Shown: positions 36,640 to 44,878 of the stretch, one piece after another
How positions within the stretch are numbered: position 1 is the stretch's first letter
How the letters are laid out: every line of letters starts with the position of its first letter
Assembly: GCA_964611515.1 (NCBI GenBank)
Contig: CAZTAH010000001.1
Location: 1-58,720, forward strand
Length of the DNA stretch: 58,720 nucleotides
DNA from: an uncultured Candidatus Saccharibacteria bacterium
GTDB lineage: Bacteria > Patescibacteriota > Minisyncoccia > Phycocordibacterales > UBA9973
Reading direction: 5' to 3'
The notes under the pieces: generated by a model
What the model was told of the DNA's origin: nothing
The model's input: the letters and a program-made list of their open reading frames with translations, nothing else
The model's database searches: none
Position numbers and translations under genes: made by a program

Positions 36640-39222
36640 CTATACCACGATATTAATAATCTTGCCAGGTATGTAAATAAATCTTTTTATTTCCTTTTCC
36701 CCTATCCATTTTTTTACATTAGGAGTAGAGACAACAACATTTTTAATATCTCTTTCGTCCATGTTTTTGTCCACCTCTATCTCATCTCTTACTTTTCCGT
36801 TTACTTGTATGGCTATCCTTATCATGTCTTCTTCTAATAATTTTTCATCCCAAGATGGCCAAAAAGACTGTGTGATAGAATTTTTCTCTCCTAAGAAAGA
36901 CCAGAGTTCTTCTGTTAAATGAGGAGCAAAAGGACTTAGTATCTTTAAGAAATCCTTAAAGTCTTCTTTTCTCATCTCTTTTTCTTTATCTAACTCATTT
37001 ATAAATATCATCATGGATGAAACAGCTGTATTAAATGAAAAGCTTTCTATGTCTTGATCTGTTTTCTTTATAGTTTTATGTAACAAGGATTTCAGTTTTT
37101 GACTAGTCTCTCCGTCTTCTTTTTCTATTATTCCTAAGCCTATTCGCCAGACTTTTTCAAGAAAACGACGAGAACCAATAATGCTTTCAGTTGACCAAGG
37201 AAGCATTTGATCAAAAGGACCCATGAACATTGTGTAAACCCTTAAAGTATCTGCTCCGTATGTCTTAATGATGTCATCTGGGTTTACTACATTGCCCCAT
37301 CTTTTACTCATTTTTCTATTATCAGAACCAAGAATCATTCCTTGGTTTTTCATTTTTTTAAAAGGCTCATTAAACGGTAGGTGCCCTAAATCATATAATA
37401 AATTAGTCCAAAACCTAGAATACAATAAGTGTCCAGTTGAGTGTTCTTGACCCCCAATATACATATCAACTTGATTCCAGTACTCTAAACTCTTCTTGCT
37501 AGCAAAATCTTTGTTGTTTTTTGGATCCATGTATCTCAAGAAATACCAAGAAGACCCTGCCCATCCTGGCATAGTGTTTGTTTCATATCCTTTTTTTACC
37601 CAAGAAGAAACTAATGATAAAGGAGACTCCCCTGTTCCTGAAGGAGAATAAGACTTAATACTCGGTAGCTTGAGAGGCAAATCTTCTTCTTTTAGAGCAG
37701 TTATTGTTTGGTCTTTATTATGAATTAATGGGATTGGCTCACCCCAATATCTCTGTCTAGCAAAAATTGCATCTCTCATTTTATATTTAACTACTTCTTT
37801 TCCTAACCCTTTATACTCTAGCTCTTCAATGATTTCAAGCATTGCATCTTGGCTTAACAGGCCATTAGCCCAGGACATTTCTTCGCTATTAATAACAATT
37901 CCGTAATCAGTATATGGTTTATCTTTTGGATAGTCTTTTGGGTATTCTATTACAACTTTAATTGGTAATTTATATTTATTTGCAAAATCCCAATCTCTTT
38001 CATCATGAGCTGGAACAGCCATAACAGCCCCTGTTCCATAAGAAACTAAAACATAATCTGCAATCCAAACTGGAACTTCTTCTTTATTAGCTGGATTAAT
38101 AGCCATTATTCCTTTTAGACAAATTCCGTTTTTTTCCTTACTGACAGAAGTTCTCTCTTCTTCTGTTTTGTTTTTTACCATATCCCTAAATCTTTCTACC
38201 TCTTTCCAGTTTGAAATTTTATTTTTTAGCTCATCTACTAGCTTGTGTTCTGGGGATAAAACAACATAAGTAGCACCAAACAAAGTATCCGCCCTCGTAG
38301 TAAATACTTTTATTTTTAAATCACTATCTTTAATTAGAAAATCTATCTCTGCTCCCTCTGAGCGACCTATCCAGTTTCTTTGTATTTCTTTAATGTGATC
38401 ACTCCAGTCTAATTCCTCTAGATTATCTAGCAACCGATCTGCATAAGCTGTAATTCTCATAAACCATTGTCTCATTAGCTTCTTCTCCACTGGATGATGA
38501 CCTCTTTCAGATATTAAGTTTCCATTTTTATCATTTATAATTTCATCATTTGCTAATACAGTTCCTAGCTTCGGGCACCAATTTACCTCACTATGTCCCT
38601 CATAAGCCAAACGATATTTCATTAAAATATTCTCTTTTTCCTTTCGAGAAAATTTATTCCAATCTGTAGCTGAAAAAAGATAATCAATATCAGTGTGAGC
38701 GCTTAATTCTTCATTTCCATTTTTTGAAAAGATTTCTTCTAGCTCTTTTATTGGGCGAGCTTTATCTTCTAATAAATCAAACCAAGAATTATATATCTTT
38801 AGAAAAATCCACTGAGTCCATTTATAATAACTTGGATCTGTGGTGTTTACTTCTCTGTCCCAATCGTAAGAAAGCCCTATCATTGAAAGCTGTTTCTTAA
38901 AAGTTGCTATGTTCTCCTTGACTGCTTTTTCTGGGTGAATATTATGCTCTAGTGCATATTGCTCTGCAGGTAAACCAAAAGCATCATACCCCATAGGATG
39001 AAGAACATTAAAGCCCTCCATTCTTTTTTTTCTTGCATAAACATCACTCCCTATGTATCCGCGTGGGTGACCAACATGAAGCCCAGAACCAGAAGGATAA
39101 GGAAACATATCTAAGACATATTTTTTTGGCTTATCAAAATCAGTGGGTGTTTTATATGTTTTTTTATTCTCCCACTCTTTTTGCCATTTTTTTTCTATTT
39201 TTAAGTGTTGGTACTCTTTCAT
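36640..39222 (-). CDS. leuS: leucine--tRNA ligase
   Basis: Has PYPSGSGLHVGH, the CP1 editing domain and KMSKRWGN. Confidence 0.95.
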   Translation of the reverse strand: MKEYQHLKIEKKWQKEWENKKTYKTPTDFDKPKKYVLDMFPYPSGSGLHVGHPRGYIGSDVYARKKRMEGFNVLHPMGYDAFGLPAEQYALEHNIHPEKAVKENIATFKKQLSMIGLSYDWDREVNTTDPSYYKWTQWIFLKIYNSWFDLLEDKARPIKELEEIFSKNGNEELSAHTDIDYLFSATDWNKFSRKEKENILMKYRLAYEGHSEVNWCPKLGTVLANDEIINDKNGNLISERGHHPVEKKLMRQWFMRITAYADRLLDNLEELDWSDHIKEIQRNWIGRSEGAEIDFLIKDSDLKIKVFTTRADTLFGATYVVLSPEHKLVDELKNKISNWKEVERFRDMVKNKTEEERTSVSKEKNGICLKGIMAINPANKEEVPVWIADYVLVSYGTGAVMAVPAHDERDWDFANKYKLPIKVVIEYPKDYPKDKPYTDYGIVINSEEMSWANGLLSQDAMLEIIEELEYKGLGKEVVKYKMRDAIFARQRYWGEPIPLIHNKDQTITALKEEDLPLKLPSIKSYSPSGTGESPLSLVSSWVKKGYETNTMPGWAGSSWYFLRYMDPKNNKDFASKKSLEYWNQVDMYIGGQEHSTGHLLYSRFWTNLLYDLGHLPFNEPFKKMKNQGMILGSDNRKMSKRWGNVVNPDDIIKTYGADTLRVYTMFMGPFDQMLPWSTESIIGSRRFLEKVWRIGLGIIEKEDGETSQKLKSLLHKTIKKTDQDIESFSFNTAVSSMMIFINELDKEKEMRKEDFKDFLKILSPFAPHLTEELWSFLGEKNSITQSFWPSWDEKLLEEDMIRIAIQVNGKVRDEIEVDKNMDERDIKNVVVSTPNVKKWIGEKEIKRFIYIPGKIINIVV

Positions 39223-39346
39223 AATTTATTAAATGTAACCCTTATATTATAACAAAAAACCAGTTATAAAGGGAAAATTATCGTTAGTAAGAGCCTGAGA
39301 GCTTGGTATCAAAAACAGGCAATAGTTAGAATCGTTGGGTTCAAGA

Positions 39347-40456
39347 TTAGATTTTGAACTCAATGACATCCCCATCTTTAACTATATACTCCTTTCCTTC
39401 TGTTCTTATTTTTCCCCTAGCCCTAGCTTCCGCATAGCCCCCAGCTTGCAATAATTCTTTCCAGTTTATAATCTCCGCTCTAATAAATTTATCATGAAAA
39501 TCTGAATGGATAGCGAAACCCGCCACAGGAGCCGTACTTCCTTTTTTTATAGTCCAAGCCCTAGTTTCATCTGGGCCTGTTGTAAAAAAGGTTTCCAGTC
39601 CCAACAACTCATAGCTCTCTTTAATTAATTTATCTATTCCATCATCCTCTCCTCCCATTTCTTTTCTAAAAAGCTCTTTTTCTTCACCCTCAAACTCTTT
39701 TAATTCCTCTTCTATTTTGGCATCTATTAATACAAAAGAAGAGCCTATTCCTTTTATGTAATTTATAACCTGATTAAATAATTCTGGATTTGTTTCATCT
39801 AAGTTCCCCCCTCCTCCTCTTTTGTTTAATCCAAATATAAATGGCTTCATTGTTAATAAGTTTAGTGTTTTGATGTAGGTTAATTCTTTTTCTATAAAAT
39901 CTATAGTGTTGGCCATCTTGCCTTCATTAAAAGACTTTTCTAATTTCAATAAAATTTGATTTTCAAAAATAGACTCTTTTTCTCCTTTTTTTATATTTCT
40001 GATCAAGCTCTCTTTTCTTTTTAAGACTGTGTCTAGATCTGCTAAAATTAACTCTGAATTAATTATCTCTATGTCTCTTAGGGGGTCCACTTCTCCGTAA
40101 ATATGAACCACTTCATTCTCTTTACTCGCCTTAACTGGAAATATTCTAACTATTTCTAGTATGGCATCTACTTCTCTGATGTTTGCTAAAAACTTATTTC
40201 CTAACCCCTCCCCCTTAGAAGCACCTTTTACTAGTCCAGCTATATCAACAAACTCAATAACAGCTGGTATTGTTTTAATTGACTTTGAGAATTCTGATAA
40301 TTTAAGCAACCGAATGTCTGGAACTGGAACTATCCCTACTGATGGATCTATTGTGCAAAAAGGATAATTATCAGAAGGAACACCTTTTTTAGTTAAGGCG
40401 TTAAAGAGAGTGCTTTTCCCAACATTCGGCAATCCAACTATTCCAATTTTTAACAT
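39347..40456 (-). CDS. ychF: ribosome-binding ATPase YchF
   Basis: Has GIVGLPNVGKSTLFNALT, the coiled-coil insert and the C-terminal TGS-like domain. Confidence 0.95.
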   Translation of the reverse strand: MLKIGIVGLPNVGKSTLFNALTKKGVPSDNYPFCTIDPSVGIVPVPDIRLLKLSEFSKSIKTIPAVIEFVDIAGLVKGASKGEGLGNKFLANIREVDAILEIVRIFPVKASKENEVVHIYGEVDPLRDIEIINSELILADLDTVLKRKESLIRNIKKGEKESIFENQILLKLEKSFNEGKMANTIDFIEKELTYIKTLNLLTMKPFIFGLNKRGGGGNLDETNPELFNQVINYIKGIGSSFVLIDAKIEEELKEFEGEEKELFRKEMGGEDDGIDKLIKESYELLGLETFFTTGPDETRAWTIKKGSTAPVAGFAIHSDFHDKFIRAEIINWKELLQAGGYAEARARGKIRTEGKEYIVKDGDVIEFKI

Positions 40457-40497
40457 AAGATCAAATGTAGCATAAATTGAAGTTCAAGAAAAGAAGA

Positions 40498-41034
40498 CTA
40501 CTTGGCTATCCTTACGGTCTTTATAGCATCTATCTGTTTTGTCTGAGCTTCAAATATAATATCCTTAACCCGAATTGGGTTCCTTATTCCTCTCATTATA
40601 AATTCATTGTCTGTTCCAGCTGATTGAACCTTTATGTCCCCTATTCTCAAAATAGTATTGATTGCTCCCTTGGTCACTATGCTGACATCTTGTATTTTGT
40701 CTAACCTTAAAATAGAAACCTCTCTGGAGAAAAACCCTTTCTGATCTACACTTATAAGCCTCTTATTCGTTAAGATCCAAATATCTAAATAGTAATTAGT
40801 CCAAGCATAAAAAGCTATTGTCCAAAAAATAGAAATAAATACCAAATAGAGAAAAACTAATAAACTAAATAAGCCAGTCCCTTTTTCTGCCTTGATTAAA
40901 TCCGTGAAAAGAAAAAGAATGAGGGGTAAAATAGCAAAGACTCCTAATAAAAATATCTCAAAAATAATATAAAAACTATGCTTCTTAAAGGTATTTAATA
41001 CTTTTTCCTCTGTGTCTAAAATTTTCATATTCAA
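40498..41034 (-). CDS. membrane protein with bacterial PH (bPH_2/YdbT-like) domain
   Basis: Two TM helices, then W.LTN.RLI....G.FSR......L..IQD. Confidence 0.6.
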   Translation of the reverse strand: MNMKILDTEEKVLNTFKKHSFYIIFEIFLLGVFAILPLILFLFTDLIKAEKGTGLFSLLVFLYLVFISIFWTIAFYAWTNYYLDIWILTNKRLISVDQKGFFSREVSILRLDKIQDVSIVTKGAINTILRIGDIKVQSAGTDNEFIMRGIRNPIRVKDIIFEAQTKQIDAIKTVRIAK

Positions 41035-41312
41035 TAAAGATAGTTGATAAGAAAAGATCCCGAGAAATATAAGAGCAAAATAGTTCCCCCTATGTAGATG
41101 AACCTAGCAACTACTATAGTGGGGCTATAGGCTCTGTATCTATGCCAATGATAAAGAAGTGTTGTAGAGTAAATTAAAAATGCCACAAGAAAAATAATAT
41201 AAAAAATTGACCAGACATGGTTGGGAATTGATAAAATAAAATTGGAAAGATTTATTTCATTAAAAATATTTGTATACCCTAAATTATTTAAAGTGTCTGG
41301 ATAATATTCCAT
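41031..41312 (-). CDS. small membrane protein
   Basis: 93 aa with two TM helices. 4-nt overlap with the downstream gene. Confidence 0.4.
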   Translation of the reverse strand: MEYYPDTLNNLGYTNIFNEINLSNFILSIPNHVWSIFYIIFLVAFLIYSTTLLYHWHRYRAYSPTIVVARFIYIGGTILLLYFSGSFLINYLY

Positions 41313-41317
41313 TGTTT

Positions 41318-41620
41318 TTATTTTTGCATTAGTTGTATTAGTGGCTCAAGTTCTTCTCTGTGTTTCATTATTTCATTTTTGTATTTACTCATCACTAAGA
41401 CCCCAGCATACTGCTCATCTAATCCTTCTTTTTTCTTTTTTTCTATTTCTTTAGTAATTTTCTCAAATAACTCTTTGACTTCTTTGTTTTTATCTAAGCC
41501 TTTAATGCTATCCATTATCTCTGGGTTGTCGTCTATTTTTTTAGCGATCTCATCTGCTTGCTTGGCAGAAACCCCTTTTAGCCTTAGGGCCTTTTTAGTT
41601 ATAAATGATTTAAATCCCAT
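41318..41620 (-). CDS. hypothetical helical protein
   Basis: 100 aa, K/E-rich; no recognisable family. Confidence 0.4.
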   Translation of the reverse strand: MGFKSFITKKALRLKGVSAKQADEIAKKIDDNPEIMDSIKGLDKNKEVKELFEKITKEIEKKKKEGLDEQYAGVLVMSKYKNEIMKHREELEPLIQLMQK

Positions 41621-41695
41621 TTCTATTTTTTAGTATTTTAAAATTCTAATAGCTAAATTATAGCAAAAAAAGAATTTTTGTGCGAATATGAATAG

Positions 41696-42634
41696 GTGAA
41701 AGAAAAAGAAAAAATTATTGTTATCTTAGGACAAACTGCTACTGGAAAAAGTGATTTTGCAGTAGAAATTGCCAAAGAGTTTAATGGGGAGATTGTTTCT
41801 GCAGACTCAAGACAGGTTTACAAAGGAATGAACTTAGGGACTGGGAAAATAACTAAAAAAGAAATTAAGGGTGTCCCCCATTATTTACTAGATATTGTTT
41901 CTCCTAAAAGTAAAACATTTTCAGTTGTTGATTTTCAGAAATTAGCCCAGAAAAAGATAGAGAAAATTTTATCAAGAAATAAAATTCCTATAATCTGTGG
42001 CGGAACTGGATATTACATAGACTCTATTCTTAATAACATCATCTTTCCTAAGGTGCCTCCTAATAAAGAGCTAAGAAAAGAGCTTTCACTCAAAACTCCT
42101 GATGAAATTTTTAACATTCTAAAAAAACTAGATAAAAAAAGAGCAGATGAAATTGATAAAAATAATACCGTGAGAATCATTAGAGCCATTGAAATTGCTC
42201 AAGCTCTTGGAAAAGTTCCTATTTTGAAAAAAAATAAAACAAAATATCAGTTTGTAAAAATTGGATTAGAGTTTCCTGATGATGAATTAAAAGAAAGAAT
42301 TAAAATTAGGCTTAAAAAAAGAATTAAATTAGGAATGATAGAGGAAGTCAGAAGACTAAAAGAGAAAGGTGTTTCTTGGAAAAAATTATATTCATTTGGG
42401 CTGGAATATAGATTTGTTTCTGGTTATTTAAGAAGAACAAAAAACCTGCCTTCTTCAGAACTAAAAAAAGAAAAAGAAAAGATGGAAGAAGAATTATTTT
42501 CAGCTATTTGGAATTTTGCAAAAAGACAAAAAACTTGGTTTAAAAGAGATAAAGAGATAATATGGATAAATCCTAGCAAAAAGAAAGAAGTAGCTATCGC
42601 TAAAAGTAAGGTTAAGGATTTTTTGAAAAAATAG
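41696..42634 (+). CDS. miaA: tRNA dimethylallyltransferase
   Basis: GTG start. Has GQTATGKSD, SADSRQVYKGM..GT.K, PHYLLD and GGTGYY. Confidence 0.9.
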   Translation: MKEKEKIIVILGQTATGKSDFAVEIAKEFNGEIVSADSRQVYKGMNLGTGKITKKEIKGVPHYLLDIVSPKSKTFSVVDFQKLAQKKIEKILSRNKIPIICGGTGYYIDSILNNIIFPKVPPNKELRKELSLKTPDEIFNILKKLDKKRADEIDKNNTVRIIRAIEIAQALGKVPILKKNKTKYQFVKIGLEFPDDELKERIKIRLKKRIKLGMIEEVRRLKEKGVSWKKLYSFGLEYRFVSGYLRRTKNLPSSELKKEKEKMEEELFSAIWNFAKRQKTWFKRDKEIIWINPSKKKEVAIAKSKVKDFLKK

Positions 42635-42660
42635 ATTTTTTAATGTATACTGTTTTTTGT

Positions 42661-42731
42661 GGGCGATTAGTTTAGTGGTAGAACAGCGGTCTCCAAAACC
42701 GTTAGCGGGAGTTCGATTCTTCCATCGCCCG
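42661..42731 (+). tRNA. tRNA-Trp(CCA)
   Basis: Acceptor GGGCGAT/ATCGCCC, discriminator G. Anticodon arm GCGGT-CTCCAAA-ACCGT. T-loop TTCGATT. Confidence 0.9.
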
Positions 42732-42745
42732 CAACAAAATAATGA

Positions 42746-42777
42746 ACCCAGTGTGGAGCACTGGGTGATTATATTTT
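42746..42777 (+). terminator. terminator after tRNA-Trp
   Basis: ACCCAGTG tggag CACTGGGT followed by a T-rich tail. Confidence 0.7.
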
Positions 42778-42798
42778 GTGGGAGATGGAAGACTCGAA
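42777..42798 (-). repeat. inverted Trp-like tRNA 3'-end copy
   Basis: Minus sense TTCGAGTCTTCCATCTCCCACA matches the tRNA-Trp end TTCGATTCTTCCATCGCCCGCA at 19 of 22 positions. Confidence 0.7.
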
Positions 42799-42803
42799 CC
42801 GAT

Positions 42804-42938
42804 CCCCACAAACCCATATTTCCATTGCTTTTTGTGGCTAGCTAAAATCTCTTCAGAACAAGAGCTGAAGATCTTTTTTTAATTAAACAAAACTTTCTAA
42901 TAATAAAAAAGCTAGGGGATAGAAATATAGGTGTGGGG
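42804..42938 (+). repeat. MITE-like element, copy 3
   Basis: Runs from CCCCACAAACCCATATTTCCAT.. to ..ATAGAAATATAGGTGTGGGG. Confidence 0.8.
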
Positions 42939-43040
42939 CTTGTCCCGAGTAGCTTTAGCGAAGTGGGAATTTATCTCACAAGCTCATGTTTCCTTCAGTG
43001 CTCCAAGTACTTGTTGCTTTACTTAGAGTATTAGCTAATT

Positions 43041-43078
43041 GGTGTAACAAGACTGACGGCCGTCAACTTCGTTACCCC
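43041..43078. repeat. REP-like palindrome copy d
   Basis: GGTGTAACAAGACTGACGGCCGTCAACTTCGTTACCCC. Confidence 0.8.
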
Positions 43079-43085
43079 TTAAAAT

Positions 43086-43110
43086 AAAAAATCCTCAATT
43101 GAGGATTTTT
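43086..43110 (-). terminator. rpmG terminator (bidirectional shape)
   Basis: AAAAATCCTC aatt GAGGATTTTT. Confidence 0.8.
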
Positions 43111-43271
43111 TATTTTTTAAGCTCCTTGTGCAGTGTTCTTTTCCTGCACCATTTACAAAACTTATTAAGCTCAATCTTTCTAGTGACGAGTTTTTTGTTC
43201 TTGCTTGTCCAGTAATTAACACGATTACATTCGCTACAAGCTAATTTAAAAAGTCTATCCTGTGATGACAT
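43110..43271 (-). CDS. rpmG: 50S ribosomal protein L33
   Basis: Hand-translated 53 aa: MSSQDRLFKLACSECNRVNYWTSKNKKLVTRKIELNKFCKWCRKRTLHKELKK. CxxC..CxxC L33 pattern. Below the ORF-track length cutoff. Confidence 0.85.
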   Translation of the reverse strand: MSSQDRLFKLACSECNRVNYWTSKNKKLVTRKIELNKFCKWCRKRTLHKELKK

Positions 43272-43400
43272 AATGAAATATACTACTATAATTTAATTAT
43301 AAAAGCAATAATATGATTTTTTAGAGTTATTTGATATACTAGAACTTGAAAATATTTAATTAATGAATAAATAGAAAAATTCGGAGTATATTTTTCATTT

Positions 43401-43482
43401 GCCGGAGTGGCGGAATTGGTATACGCGCGCGACTCAAAATCGCGTCTCGCAAGAGTTGTGGGTTCAAGTCCCACCTCCGGCA
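43401..43482 (+). tRNA. tRNA-Leu(CAA)
   Basis: Acceptor GCCGGAG/CTCCGGC. Anticodon arm CGCGA-CTCAAAA-TCGCG. Long variable arm. T arm GTGGG-TTCAAGT-CCCAC. Confidence 0.9.
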
Positions 43483-44250
43483 CAAAGCGAAGCTTTGGGC
43501 AAAAACTAAGTGATGGGGTTATCACTTGGTTTTTAGGTGGTGGGACTTGAAAGCCGGAGCGCGACGGCGCGAGGCGGGGTCGCGGAAATTTTTAGTAAAA
43601 AATTATCTGTGACCAAGTCCCACCTCCGGCACAAAGCGAAGCTTTGGGCAAAAACTAAGTGATGGGGTTATCACTTGGTTTTTAGGTGGTGGGACTTGAA
43701 AGCCGGAGCGCGACGGCGCGAGGCGGGGTCGCGGAAATTTTTAGTAAAAAATTATCTGTGACCAAGTCCCACCTCCGGCACAAAGCGAAGCTTTGGGCAA
43801 AAACTAAGTGATGGGGTTATCACTTGGTTTTTAGGTGGTGGGACTTGAAAGCCGGAGCGCGACGGCGCGAGGCGGGGTCGCGGACTTTTTCAGCAGAAAA
43901 AGATCTGTGACCAAGTCCCACCTCCGGCACAAAATGAAGTTTTGGGTAAAAACTAAGTGATGGGGTTATCACTTGGTTTTTAGGTGGTGGGACTTGAAAG
44001 CCGGAGCGCGACGGCGCGAGGCGGGGTCGCGGAAATTTTTAGTAAAAAATTATCTGTGACCAAGTCCCACCTCCGGCACAAAATGAAGTTTTGGGTAAAA
44101 ACTAAGTGATGGGGTTATCACTTGGTTTTTAGGTGGTGGGACTTGAAAGCCGGAGCGCGACGGCGCGAGGCGGGGTCGCGGAAATTTTTAGTAAAAAATT
44201 ATCTGTGACCAAGTCCCACCTCCGGCACAAAATGAAGTTTTGGGTAAAAA
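43465..44250 (+). repeat. 149-bp tandem array (5.3 copies), Leu-linked tRNA-trailer family
   Basis: Unit starts at 43465, 43614, 43763, 43912, 44061 and 44210. Each carries CAAGTCCCACCTCCGGCACA, the last 20 nt of the tRNA-Leu gene region. Confidence 0.95.
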
Positions 44251-44263
44251 AGAAACGATATTG

Positions 44264-44851
44264 CTATGTCTGTTGATTAATCTTTTCTACTGCCTTTAGT
44301 ATTTTTTTAAAATCTTTCATTAAGACTTCTCTCATTGCCCCATTGTATAAAGCAGCTGCGGGATGATAGATAGGCATAAAGTAAAGTTTTTCCTCAAATT
44401 CTGGAATTTTCCTAATTAATAATTTCCCATGAACTTCAGATATTTTAGCTTCTGGAAAAAACCTGAGCATGGAATGTTTTCCTAATAGAACTATTAATTT
44501 TGGAGATATTATCTTGAGCTCACCGATAAGCCAATCATTGCAGTCTTCCTTCTCTTTTATTTCTGGGTCCCTGTTTGATGGGGGGCGATATTTAACAATG
44601 TTCGTAATATAAACATCTTTTCTTTCTAGTCCTACAGAATTTAATAATTCTGATAAAAACTTTCCAGCTGAGCCAACAAAAGGAATCCCCTCTTCGTCTT
44701 CTTTTTTTCCAGGGGCTTCTCCTATAAAGACGATTTGACTATTTGGGTTACCGTTTCCAAAAACAGCTTGAGTGGCTGTTTTTTTTAAACTACACTCACA
44801 GTTTTCTTTCCAATAACTATTAAGCTCGCCTAGTTTTTGCTTTTTGCTCAT
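44264..44851 (-). CDS. uracil-DNA glycosylase, family 4
   Basis: Has GEAPGKKEDEEGIPFVGSAG..L and C-terminal HPAA. Confidence 0.85.
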   Translation of the reverse strand: MSKKQKLGELNSYWKENCECSLKKTATQAVFGNGNPNSQIVFIGEAPGKKEDEEGIPFVGSAGKFLSELLNSVGLERKDVYITNIVKYRPPSNRDPEIKEKEDCNDWLIGELKIISPKLIVLLGKHSMLRFFPEAKISEVHGKLLIRKIPEFEEKLYFMPIYHPAAALYNGAMREVLMKDFKKILKAVEKINQQT

Positions 44852-44878
44852 AGCTCTTTTATTTTAGCAAAAAAAAAC

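Noticed and set aside
42500-43525. ORFs 42500-42817(-), 42657-42845(+) and 43286-43525(-).
   Set aside because: They overlap miaA in antisense, tRNA-Trp or tRNA-Leu, so they are spurious.
43465-44250. Regular 149-bp periodicity (and 139 bp at 28486-28946) could be mistaken for a CRISPR array.
   Set aside because: Units are near-identical over their whole length with no unique spacers. The period is far longer than repeat plus spacer, and no cas genes are in the window.
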